A program made the translations under genes and the position numbers. Positions 29,143 through 37,887 of a stretch of 64,000 nucleotides of DNA are shown here, one piece after another; position 1 is the first letter of the stretch; the number at the start of each line of letters is the position of its first letter. Under the pieces are notes generated by a model. The model saw only the letters and a program-made list of their open reading frames with translations, ran no database searches and was not told the origin of the DNA. This stretch comes from an uncultured Enterobacterales bacterium (GTDB taxonomy: Bacteria > Myxococcota_A > UBA796 > CAJQPC01): the NCBI GenBank assembly GCA_964610645.1, contig CAZSZE010000005.1, positions 33,282-97,281 of the forward strand. The letters run 5' to 3'.

Positions 29143-29828
29143 TCCTCCTCCCCGAACGCGCCAGCGCGGACTGCTTCGCCGCCGTAGCCCATGTTCACCA
29201 CCCGCCCCAACTGGTCCCGTCCCACAGCGGGATCCCGGTCAGCATCCTGCAACCGGCCGATCTCCGGGCGCTTGAAGCCGTAGAGTTCGGGCCGCAGCTC
29301 TGGTTCGACCCACTCGCCCTTGCGCTGGGCTTCGATCTTCTCCTGCAAGCGGCGAAAGCCGTTCAGGAGTGCATCGGGGTTCGGGGGACAGCCCGGAACA
29401 TACACGTCGACCTGCATAAATGTGTCAACCCCCGGGACCACAGAGTAGATGTCCCGGTAGAAATCCCCGGAAATGGCGCAGGAGCCCATGGCGATGGACC
29501 ACTTGGGCTCGGGCATCTGGTCCCAGAGGCGCTTGACCCGGGGGGCCATCTTGACGGTGATCGTGCCGGCAATGACCATGACATCGCACTGGCGCGGGGT
29601 CCCCCGGGCCACTGTGCCGATGCGGTCCATGTCGAACCGGCTGCAGGCCGCGGCCATGAACTCGATGCCACAACACGAGGTGGCCATGGGAAAGACCCAC
29701 AAGCTGTTGGCGGTGCCCCAGGTGAGCAGCTGGTCGACTCGCCCAAGGGCGATGCTGACGCCCGGCATGTGCTCCACGTGCTGGTAAAGCGGGTGCTCGT
29801 AGGTGCGGCCGGTCTCGTCTACTGCCAT
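29139..29828 (-). CDS. nuoB: NADH-quinone oxidoreductase subunit B
   Basis: ORF 29139..29939, trimmed to MAVDETG. Motifs: SLWVFPMATSCCGIEF, GSCAISGDFY, GCPP. Confidence 0.9.
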   Translation of the reverse strand: MAVDETGRTYEHPLYQHVEHMPGVSIALGRVDQLLTWGTANSLWVFPMATSCCGIEFMAAACSRFDMDRIGTVARGTPRQCDVMVIAGTITVKMAPRVKRLWDQMPEPKWSIAMGSCAISGDFYRDIYSVVPGVDTFMQVDVYVPGCPPNPDALLNGFRRLQEKIEAQRKGEWVEPELRPELYGFKRPEIGRLQDADRDPAVGRDQLGRVVNMGYGGEAVRAGAFGEEE

Positions 29829-30181
29829 TTCAGCGCCCCTTTCCGGAGTGCGTACACCCACCCGAGCAGCAGGATGCCCAGGAAGATCGCCATGTCGATC
29901 AAGGCCAGTCCGCCCAGCTCCTCCAGGTTCAGGGCCCACGGAAGCAGAAACGCTGCCTCCACATCAAAGAGGACAAACAACAGCGCCACCACGTAGTAGC
30001 GGGGATGGAACCGCACCCAGGCCAGTCCATCGGGCTCCTCGCCGCACTCGTAGGTGGACCCTCGAACAGGTTCTACGGGGTTCCGGGCGCGGACCCTGAG
30101 CAGCCATGCACCAAACAGGGATCCAAAGGCGATCGCCGCGGCCAGCGACAGAAAGATCCCGACAACAATCCAGGCAGACAT
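29819..30181 (-). CDS. nuoA: NADH-quinone oxidoreductase subunit A
   Basis: 120 aa with 3 TM helices: YECGEEP..., FLLFDVE-like VLFDVEAAFLLPW. Confidence 0.9.
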   Translation of the reverse strand: MSAWIVVGIFLSLAAAIAFGSLFGAWLLRVRARNPVEPVRGSTYECGEEPDGLAWVRFHPRYYVVALLFVLFDVEAAFLLPWALNLEELGGLALIDMAIFLGILLLGWVYALRKGALKWQ

Positions 30182-30224
30182 TCACGCCCCGTTCCCCAGG
30201 CTCTTAACGGGTGTCTCCCCCCTT

Positions 30225-31691
30225 TCAAGGGCGCTGATAGAGGCGCTGGTCGGGGTTCTCCTGGACCGCTTGGAATCCATCCGCGAGCAACAGGGATTCC
30301 GCCCGTTCAAACCGGGTTCCCAGTCCTCGCCGATGTACGAGCACCTGGTGGATGTGAGGGGGTACGTTCAGCGCTTCAGGCGGCGTCTCTTTCGTCGCGG
30401 GGTCCAGGGCGCGAACCGACCCGAGCCATTCCTCTCCTTGGTTCGTCACGCCCACACTGTTGAAATCCGGCGCCCAGGGACTGGAGGCGCCGTGGACGGT
30501 CTGGCCGTACAGCCACCACCGGGCACGGGGGCGGGAGGGATTTTCCTGCCCCGGGGGAAAGGCGAGGGGCCCAGGGATTTCCAGCAGCACCCCGGGTTCC
30601 ACAGCCTCGTAGATTTCGGGAAGTTCCGCCGGTGCACCGGGAATGACCGGCTCCACGGGAGACAGGAGCAGTCCTTCCAGCGGAATGAGCCAGGGCAGCC
30701 AGCGAATCCATGGGCCCTGCTGTTGGGCCCCCCGGGCCGCCAGAAACGCCAGCACAGCAAGGGTCCCCGCATGGAATCGATAGGGAAACCGCATTTCCGA
30801 CAGGGGCGGCAGGCTGTACCAGGGACCCCAACCGGTGGAAAGGACCCACAAGCCCAGAACCAGCACCGCTGCCCGGCGGTGTTCCCTTGCGGCCACGAGC
30901 GCGAGGAGGGGAGCGGCAAACCCAATCCAGGAGGTCTTGGCAAAGGGCTGCAGTCCGTCGGTGATTCCAGGGGTCCAGCTCCCGATTCCCGTTCCCATGG
31001 CCAGGCGGATTTCATCGGGCAGGGGGGTCCCCCCGGAAAAAGCGCCTGCAAACGCGAGCACTCCCGGCAGAGCGAGCAACACGCCCGGCAGGCTCCACCA
31101 CCCACGCCGTCCCAGGCACACGGCCAGAACGCAGGCCGTGGCCCCGAGGTACCAGCTGCTCCAGAGGCAGATGCCCAGCGCGACCATCGAGAGAACCCGC
31201 TTGCGATCCCCCACCGCCCAGAACCAGGCCGCCAGCGCCCAACCGTCCTGTCCTTCCACCAGCCCCTCCACCGAGTAGCCATGAAAGAACGGGGCTGCCC
31301 CGAAAACCGAAGCCGCCAGAAGCGCTGGCACACCGCGCAGCCCCCAGGCCCGGGCCGCACCAAAGGCACACAGCACCGTCGCCAGCCGAGCCCCCACCGT
31401 GAGCAGGTTCCACGTCTTGGTCAGTCCGAGCATCGGCAACAACGGCCAGGCCAGCCACCCGTGGAGGGGACTGCTGTAGTAGAAGGCCATCCCCCCCGGC
31501 GCAGCCAGGGAGTCACAGTGCGTGGGAAGCCCTGGCTGCTGCCCCGCAAACCAGTGCAGTCCCCAGACCGACGGATACAGGTCCGTCAAGCCATGGCCGA
31601 GGAGCTGTCCCTGGGCCAGGGCGGGCAGGGCCGGCAGGAGCGCCCAGGCACTCGCGAGCAGCGCTGCATGTTTCCAACCGGGTCGATCCAC
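30225..31691 (-). CDS. polytopic membrane protein (glycosyltransferase-C/DUF-type fold suspected), start uncertain
   Basis: ORF 30225..32033. The region upstream of about 31750 is antisense to a better gene. The GTG at 31691 gives (M)DRPGWKHAALLASAWALLPALPALA, followed by about 10 TM segments and a soluble C-terminal domain. Confidence 0.55.
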   Translation of the reverse strand: MDRPGWKHAALLASAWALLPALPALAQGQLLGHGLTDLYPSVWGLHWFAGQQPGLPTHCDSLAAPGGMAFYYSSPLHGWLAWPLLPMLGLTKTWNLLTVGARLATVLCAFGAARAWGLRGVPALLAASVFGAAPFFHGYSVEGLVEGQDGWALAAWFWAVGDRKRVLSMVALGICLWSSWYLGATACVLAVCLGRRGWWSLPGVLLALPGVLAFAGAFSGGTPLPDEIRLAMGTGIGSWTPGITDGLQPFAKTSWIGFAAPLLALVAAREHRRAAVLVLGLWVLSTGWGPWYSLPPLSEMRFPYRFHAGTLAVLAFLAARGAQQQGPWIRWLPWLIPLEGLLLSPVEPVIPGAPAELPEIYEAVEPGVLLEIPGPLAFPPGQENPSRPRARWWLYGQTVHGASSPWAPDFNSVGVTNQGEEWLGSVRALDPATKETPPEALNVPPHIHQVLVHRRGLGTRFERAESLLLADGFQAVQENPDQRLYQRP

Positions 31692-31749
31692 GGGTGCAGT
31701 GTAATCGGGGCGGGATACGAGCCAGGGAGAACCGGCTGGAGGTTGGAAC

Positions 31750-32292
31750 ATGTGGTGGTTGTTGTTGGCATGCGGGGATGCGGAGCGGGTGGCGGCGTTG
31801 GAGGTGGAGTTGGCCGAGGCCCGCGCCACGATTTCGGGCCTGGAAGAGGACCTGGAGCAGCGCAAGCGGCGCACGGCCTCCCTGGAGCGCCTCGATGCGG
31901 CGATGGAGTCGGCCCACACCCGGGTGGAAGCCCGCTGCACCGGTCCCTTGCCGGGAGCGACCGGCGTGTCCCAGTCCTTCCGGATCACCTCAACAGGAGC
32001 AGATGAACTCCTCGGGGACCTGGATGCCGTCATCAGTCAGGGAAAGTGGATCCCCCATGGATCCGTGGAAGAACCCTCCGGCTGGCGCCTCGTGCGCACC
32101 GCCCGGGGCAGCCTGCTCGCAAGTTGTGGCCTGCGGCCAGCCGATGTGCTGGTCGAGATCAACGGGGTGGATGTGCGGAGCGCCGAGAACGTGGCGGAGG
32201 CGGTGGAGGACGTGGTGGAGTCACGGTCCCTGGAGCTGAAGGTCTTGCGAAACCGGGAGCCGCTGGTTCTGTCGGTGACAGAAGGGCCCTAG
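31750..32292 (+). CDS. lipoprotein with coiled coil and a C-terminal PDZ domain
   Basis: MWWLLLACGD has a lipobox. Then a helical segment, then a PDZ-like region: GWRLVRTARGSLLASCGLRPADVLVEINGVDVRSAENV...LKVLRNREPLVLSV. Confidence 0.6.
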   Translation: MWWLLLACGDAERVAALEVELAEARATISGLEEDLEQRKRRTASLERLDAAMESAHTRVEARCTGPLPGATGVSQSFRITSTGADELLGDLDAVISQGKWIPHGSVEEPSGWRLVRTARGSLLASCGLRPADVLVEINGVDVRSAENVAEAVEDVVESRSLELKVLRNREPLVLSVTEGP

Positions 32293-32352
32293 GAGGTCCA
32301 CCCGAAACTCCGTCCAGGATGGAGGGCCAGTGTACCCGGGTAGTAGAGCGCC

Positions 32353-34905
32353 CTACAGCCTGGTGATGGTCACGTAGCCGTCTCCTGAGGTGCCGCTGCC
32401 GCCGGTGCTGGTACTCGGGTTGGAGCCGGAGTTGAAGGAGCCGCCGCCGCCGCCGCCATCACAGTAATTTCCACCCCCGCCGCCGGAGTAACCGCCGCCG
32501 CCCCCGCCGTAGACGTCGTGGTAGGTCCCGCCGCCTCCACCAAATCCCCCTGCACCGGCATTGCTTCCGCAGGTGGCTGCACAGTTGCCCCCGGTGGCGC
32601 CGTTCAGGAAACTCAATCCACCCGAGGCATCGCCGGGGGCATCCCCTCCGTCGCCGCTCAAGCCGCCGCCTCCTCCACCATAGCTGCCTCCACAGGAGTC
32701 GCCGCCGCTGCCTCCGCTGCCTCCACTGCAGGAGCTGGAGACGCCGCTGGTCGAGTCGGTCGCGTCCTGGGTGGACCGGTGTTGATCTCCTCGGCATGGG
32801 GCACCGCCGCCTCCTGCAATGATGAGGGGAGTGTCATCGGAGGCGACCACGAAGGAACCTCCGCCGGCACCGGCATGGGCGTTGACCGTCTGTCCCACTT
32901 GTCCCACCAGGATCTGAAGAATGTCCCCCTGGGTCAGGGTGAGATCCCCGTTGATGATGGCACCCCGTCCGGGGTAGCTGGTGTAGCTGGTGTTGCTTCC
33001 CGAGCCAGCGCCTGCGACTACCACTGTGTAGGTCCCGTCTTCAGGGACCGTCCATCTCTGGATGCCCTGAGTGGACATGTCCAAGTAGGACTGGTCTTCG
33101 TCCCAGACGGTGCTGTAGGCGCCTCGACAGTCCGACAGCGTTGGGCCATTGCGCCCGCTGGCGCCACAGGCCGAAAAGGTGTGGGCCGAGAAATCGTAGA
33201 GGCTGCAGCCCGTGTTGATGCTGGCATCTGTGTCGTCACAGTCCGTGCCGGTGATGATGTGCTCTTCGCTGTCAAAGCCATCCCCATCCGCGTCGTAGTC
33301 CGAGGCACCGTCGCAGTCTGAGTCGTCGCCGTCATACCAGGTTTCCGTAGCGGCCGGGCTGATCGCGCTGTTCCCATCATCGCAGTCGGTCCCGTCGACC
33401 AGGTACCCGCTGGGCTGGTTGCAGACGCTGACACTGGTACTGGCATCGCCGTAGCCATCCCCATCGTCGTCCAAATAGAAGGTGTTCAGGCCCGTGGCCC
33501 CGGTGTCGTTGTCATCGGCCAGGCCGTTGCAGTCCTCGTCGGTGTCCGAGGCATCACAGACCTCGGCGGTCGACGGGTTTACCCCTGCATCCAGGTCGTT
33601 GCAGTCGTCGCTGGACGCCACAAAACCGGTGGATGCGTTGCAGGCGGTCTCGGTCAGGGTCGTGGAGCCGTGCCCATCGCCATCCAGATCCACGTACCAG
33701 GTGGTGGCGTCGCTAGCGTCGGCGCCGTCGACGGTCCCATTGCAGTCGTCGTCCACCCCGTTGCAGGTTTCGGTGCCCGAGGGGCTGATGGCGGCATCGC
33801 CGTCGTTACAGTCGGTGGCATCCGACACGTGGCCGGAAGGCATGTCGCAGGAATCCACGGAAGATGCGGCATCCCCGAATCCATCGGAGTCGGTATCGGC
33901 GTACCAGGTACCCTCTCCGAGCGAGCCGGCCTCGTCGACGGACCCGTTGCAGTCGTTGTCCACTCCGTCGCAGACCTCCACGCCGCCCGGGTGCACACCG
34001 GAGGCGGTGTCGTTGCAGTCGTCCCCGTTGGCGCTGTAGCCTGGGGGTGCATCGCACGCGGTGGTCACCGAGCTGGCGTCTCCGTAGCCATCCCCGTCAG
34101 CGTCGGCGTACCAGGAGAAGCCCACCCCTTCGTCGATGGCGGTGTCGCAGTCGTTGTCCTTCTCGTCGCAGATCTCCGCGGCACCGGGGTAGGAGAGGGG
34201 TTCCAGGTCGTCGCAGTCGTCGGAGTTGTCGACGTAGCCGCCAGGGACCTCGCAGGCGTCGGTGGTGAACTGGCTGCCTCCGAACCCATCGGAGTCGGCG
34301 TCCGCGTACCAGGTCGGGGCTCCGGAGAGCAGAGGATCCTCGTCGTCGATCAGGCCGTCGCAGTTGTCGTCGATGGCGTTGCAGGTCTCGGTCGCATCGG
34401 GGTTCACCGCCGCGTCGGAGTCGTTGCATTCGGCGCAGGCGGCGTATCCGTCCCCGTCGACATCGGCGTAGCCCACCGAGCCATCGCAGTTGTAGTCCAT
34501 TGGGTCCTCGCAGTCGGACTCGATGGCGGTGGGGTTGAACAGGGCGCTGGTATCGTCGCAGTCCAGCTCGTTGGTGACGTAGCCGGTGGGGGCATCGCAG
34601 GACCACAGGGACTCGTCCGGGTTGCCGAATCCATCTGAGTCGGCGTCCGCGAAGTACAGGACATCGTCCACGGGGTCGTCGTCTATGAGCAGGTTGCAGT
34701 CGTTGTCCACCCCGTCGCAGACCTCGGCGGCGCCCGGGAAGACCGTGGGGTCGTTGTCGTCGCAGTCGTCGGTGTAGCCGTCGCCGTCCGCATCTCCGCT
34801 GGAGGCGCCGCTGTCATCGGACAAGTCGTCGGTGTCGGGTGCGTCCTTGGAGCCGTCACAGCCGACGAGGAGCAGAAGGAGCAGATGGATCAGGACGGTA
34901 CGCAC
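32353..34905 (-). CDS. large lipoprotein: about 11 MopE-type Cys-rich 'putative metal-binding' repeats plus a C-terminal ALK/LTK-like glycine-rich domain
   Basis: MRTVLIHLLLLLLVGCDG has a lipobox. Repeats take the form DADGDGYG...C..P.GYV....DC(D/N)D.D..V.PGA.E.CDG.DNDC.G..D. The last ~280 aa are FSACGASGRNGPTLSDC..AY, WTVPEDGTYTVVVAGAG, GDILQILVGQVG, GAGGGSFVV, PLIIAGGGGA, GGFGGGGG, GGGGGGYSGGGGG. Confidence 0.8.
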   Translation of the reverse strand: MRTVLIHLLLLLLVGCDGSKDAPDTDDLSDDSGASSGDADGDGYTDDCDDNDPTVFPGAAEVCDGVDNDCNLLIDDDPVDDVLYFADADSDGFGNPDESLWSCDAPTGYVTNELDCDDTSALFNPTAIESDCEDPMDYNCDGSVGYADVDGDGYAACAECNDSDAAVNPDATETCNAIDDNCDGLIDDEDPLLSGAPTWYADADSDGFGGSQFTTDACEVPGGYVDNSDDCDDLEPLSYPGAAEICDEKDNDCDTAIDEGVGFSWYADADGDGYGDASSVTTACDAPPGYSANGDDCNDTASGVHPGGVEVCDGVDNDCNGSVDEAGSLGEGTWYADTDSDGFGDAASSVDSCDMPSGHVSDATDCNDGDAAISPSGTETCNGVDDDCNGTVDGADASDATTWYVDLDGDGHGSTTLTETACNASTGFVASSDDCNDLDAGVNPSTAEVCDASDTDEDCNGLADDNDTGATGLNTFYLDDDGDGYGDASTSVSVCNQPSGYLVDGTDCDDGNSAISPAATETWYDGDDSDCDGASDYDADGDGFDSEEHIITGTDCDDTDASINTGCSLYDFSAHTFSACGASGRNGPTLSDCRGAYSTVWDEDQSYLDMSTQGIQRWTVPEDGTYTVVVAGAGSGSNTSYTSYPGRGAIINGDLTLTQGDILQILVGQVGQTVNAHAGAGGGSFVVASDDTPLIIAGGGGAPCRGDQHRSTQDATDSTSGVSSSCSGGSGGSGGDSCGGSYGGGGGGLSGDGGDAPGDASGGLSFLNGATGGNCAATCGSNAGAGGFGGGGGTYHDVYGGGGGGYSGGGGGNYCDGGGGGGSFNSGSNPSTSTGGSGTSGDGYVTITRL

Positions 34906-35042
34906 GGTGCCTCCAGGATGGAGGCCTATTGTATGCTACGAAACTGCCCTGCAGGCTGGTGTGGATCACGTAGCCACATCGAACCTCAGGTAGGATGGGT
35001 ACCGGAGCGAGGCGCAAGGCACGTCGCCTCAGGAGAGATTCC

Positions 35043-37334
35043 ATGCGGTTTGCACTTTTTGCGCTCGGGCTGCTGGTCTCGTGTCGCAGCAGCAATGTCA
35101 TCAAGAAAGGGGACACCCTGGACACCGACGGTTTGGTCGATACCGGTCTGATCGACACGCACGTGGAACCGGTGGATGCGGACGAGGACGGGTTTGCTGC
35201 CGACGAGGACTGCGACGATACCGACGCGGCGGTGAACCCCGATGCGACCGAGACCTGTGATGGCATCGACAACGACTGCGACGGCCTTATCGACGACGAC
35301 GATCCAGGGGTGGGCGGCAGGGCGACGTGGTACGCGGATGCGGACGGCGACGGGTACGGCAACGCGGGGTTCTCCACCGAGGCTTGCGAGGCGCCGGTGG
35401 GCCACGTGGCCGATTCAGGGGACTGCGATGATGGCGACGCGGCCTTTCACCCGGGCGCCGACGAGTCGGACTGCACCGACCCCGCCGACTACAACTGCGA
35501 TGGCTCGGTAGGCCATGCCGATGTGGACGGGGATGGCTTTGCCGCCTGCGAGGACTGCGACGACACCGTCGCCACCACCAGCCCCCTGGGCACCGAGGTG
35601 TGCGATGGAGTCGACAACGACTGCGACGGGGACACGGATGAAGACGACGCGGCCGATGCGGCCACCTGGTACGGGGATGCGGATGGGGATGGTTTTGGCG
35701 ATGGGTCCAGTCCCGTCAGCGCCTGCGAGGCCCCCTCGGGCCACGTGGACGATGACACGGACTGCGACGACTCCCTCTCGGCGGTGAACCCGGACGGTGT
35801 GGAGTCTTGCAACGGGGTGGACGACAACTGCGATGGCGCCGTGGACGAGGGGGTGCTCCCCACCTGGTACGGCGATTCCGACGGGGACGGATACGGGGGG
35901 ACCACGTTTTCCGCCGAGTCCTGCAGCGTCCCCAGCGGCTACGTGGACAACGCCGACGACTGCGATGACCTGGAGTCCTCTGTGTTTCCCGGGGCCACCG
36001 AGGTCTGCAACGGGGTGGACGACAACTGCGACGGGTCGGTGGACACCGCAGCCGTGGATGCCACCACCTGGCACATCGACTACGATGGCGACGGATACGG
36101 CAGCCAGAGCGCCGCGTTTGATGTCACCGCCTGCAATGCACCCGGCGGCTACGTGTCCGATGCCACCGACTGCGACGACGCCGACGCCACCAGCCATCCC
36201 GGCGGAACCGAGGTGTGCGACTTGGCGGACAATGACTGCAACGGCTCCGTGGACGAGGGGGTGGGCACCACCTGGTACGCCGATGCCGACTCCGACGGCC
36301 ACGGCGACGGTGCCAGTCCCACCGTCGCCTGCAGCCCCCCCACCGGGCACGTGGCCAATGCAGATGATTGCGATGACACCGATGCCACCGCCCATCCCGG
36401 CGGAACCGAGATCTGCGACGGCGTGGACAACAACTGCCTGAATGGCGTGGACGAGGGGGTGAGCACGCCCTACTACGCGGACGGCGACAGCGACGGCTAC
36501 GGCGATGTCACCAACCCCATCAACGCTTGCAGCCAACCCTCGGGGTATGTCTCCGACGCCACCGATTGCGATGACACCGACTCCACGAGCTACCCCGGCG
36601 CCACGGAGCAATGCGATGGCATAGACCACGACTGCGATGGAAGCCCGGCCGCCACCAACGGCCAGAGCCCTGCCTGCGCGGGCACTACCTGTCAATCCAT
36701 CCTTGCCGCGGACGTCAGCGCCGCCGATGGCACGTACTACCTGGACCCGGCGGCCGATGGAACCATTATCGAGGCCTACTGCGAGATGACCTTCGACGGG
36801 GGTGGCTGGTTGGCGGTCTACAACCTCACCGCCCAGGCGGAGGACAACTCCGGCGCCGCCATCATGTGGAACTCGATCAACAACCGGGCGGACATGACCC
36901 AGGCAGTGCTACCCGACTCGGACAGTGCGTCCATCTACACGTCGAACCTGCCCCTGGCCAGCTACACCGAGGTGGTCTACGGCTGGGCCCCCACCACCAC
37001 TGACGACGTGTCCCGGTACGGCACCTACTCCAACTCCTCCGGCCTGGCCTCGGAGTGCTACCTGGGATTGCTGTGCGGCAACGGGTCGAATCTAGCCACC
37101 ATGACCGTCGTGCCCACGGGCACGGTGCAGGTGTTCCAGACCGGCAACAGCCCCGGCTACCCCCACGTGGGCATCGGCTGGTCGGGGCAGATCATCGTCT
37201 GGGGCTACGACAACAACGCCTCCTCCTACAGCCACTGGGCCAACTGGTACGACACAAAGTCCTGCTGCACCTCCGGCAACACCTCTGAGATGTCCGGCAA
37301 CACCTCCTGGCACTACGTCATCTACATCCGATGA
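35043..37334 (+). CDS. large lipoprotein: about 10 MopE-type Cys-rich repeats plus a C-terminal fibrinogen-related-like globular domain
   Basis: ORF 34995..37334, trimmed to MRFALFALGLLVSC (lipobox). It uses the same repeat type as the divergent neighbour. C-terminal domain: CAGTTCQSILAADVSAADGTYYLDPAADGTIIEAYCEMTFDGGGWLAVYN. Confidence 0.8.
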   Translation: MRFALFALGLLVSCRSSNVIKKGDTLDTDGLVDTGLIDTHVEPVDADEDGFAADEDCDDTDAAVNPDATETCDGIDNDCDGLIDDDDPGVGGRATWYADADGDGYGNAGFSTEACEAPVGHVADSGDCDDGDAAFHPGADESDCTDPADYNCDGSVGHADVDGDGFAACEDCDDTVATTSPLGTEVCDGVDNDCDGDTDEDDAADAATWYGDADGDGFGDGSSPVSACEAPSGHVDDDTDCDDSLSAVNPDGVESCNGVDDNCDGAVDEGVLPTWYGDSDGDGYGGTTFSAESCSVPSGYVDNADDCDDLESSVFPGATEVCNGVDDNCDGSVDTAAVDATTWHIDYDGDGYGSQSAAFDVTACNAPGGYVSDATDCDDADATSHPGGTEVCDLADNDCNGSVDEGVGTTWYADADSDGHGDGASPTVACSPPTGHVANADDCDDTDATAHPGGTEICDGVDNNCLNGVDEGVSTPYYADGDSDGYGDVTNPINACSQPSGYVSDATDCDDTDSTSYPGATEQCDGIDHDCDGSPAATNGQSPACAGTTCQSILAADVSAADGTYYLDPAADGTIIEAYCEMTFDGGGWLAVYNLTAQAEDNSGAAIMWNSINNRADMTQAVLPDSDSASIYTSNLPLASYTEVVYGWAPTTTDDVSRYGTYSNSSGLASECYLGLLCGNGSNLATMTVVPTGTVQVFQTGNSPGYPHVGIGWSGQIIVWGYDNNASSYSHWANWYDTKSCCTSGNTSEMSGNTSWHYVIYIR

Positions 37335-37417
37335 GGCCCGACATGAAGTCTCTACTCCTCCAAGGAGTCGGGACAGGCCTCGACGACCTCCTGGTTGGAG
37401 CAGATCGCAACAACGAC

Positions 37418-37735
37418 GGGGGGAGATACGGCATCTCCCCCTGTTCTTGTCGCTGGAAGGGCCCCTCGGCGCTCCGGCTGCGACAAATGAAGGGGGGTAT
37501 GGAATGACCCCCCCCGAAACTGTCGCAATGCCGCCCCCAACTGCGACACCTGGCAGGGGGGATGCGGTATCTCCTCCCGGTCTTGTCGCAGGAGATGGTC
37601 CTGGGCGTCCAAAGTAGGACATATGCAAGGGGGGATGCGGTATCTCCCCACGTTCTTGTCGCAGGAGATCTCCTGGGCGTCCATGGTGCGACATCGCCCA
37701 GGGGGGCGCTATCTCCCCCCATTTGGTCGCAGGGG
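37418..37735. repeat. tandem array of about five degenerate ~64-74-nt units, each with two inverted repeats
   Basis: Units start at 37418, 37492, 37556, 37629 and 37701, each with G6. Hairpin A example: GGGGAGAT-ACGGC-ATCTCCCC. Hairpin B is built on GTCGCA...TGCGAC (for example TGTCGCA 37521-37527 / TGCGACA 37542-37548). The period is not a multiple of 3. Confidence 0.7.
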
Positions 37736-37887
37736 CAGGCATTGGGAAGCTCTGCTTCGAAGCACTCGAGGCGGGCCGGCTCTATATCTACCCATTCCCC
37801 TGGCCAGCCGAGGGCTTCAACTCACGATTCCCGCCGTTTGCTCGACATGATTCGCGAGCATCGCCTTCCAGTTCTTCCCGTGGGCCC

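Noticed and set aside
31749-31752. Divergent genes whose ATG codons overlap on a CATG palindrome. The same occurs at 39733-39736, and starts are 8 bp apart at 47724/47732. This could be an unusual shared-start arrangement.
   Set aside because: It is more simply explained by over-extended minus-strand ORFs. In-frame GTG starts at 31691 and 39666 give sensible TM or signal N-termini and leave 58-67-bp promoter gaps. The 47724/47732 pair remains tight but involves ordinary start codons.
37418-37735. CRISPR array. The ~72-bp periodicity matches the length of a repeat plus a spacer.
   Set aside because: Units 3 and 4 are similar along their whole length, including the would-be spacer part. The repeat lengths vary (64-74 nt). 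No cas genes are nearby. This is a degenerate tandem repeat, not repeat/unique-spacer architecture.
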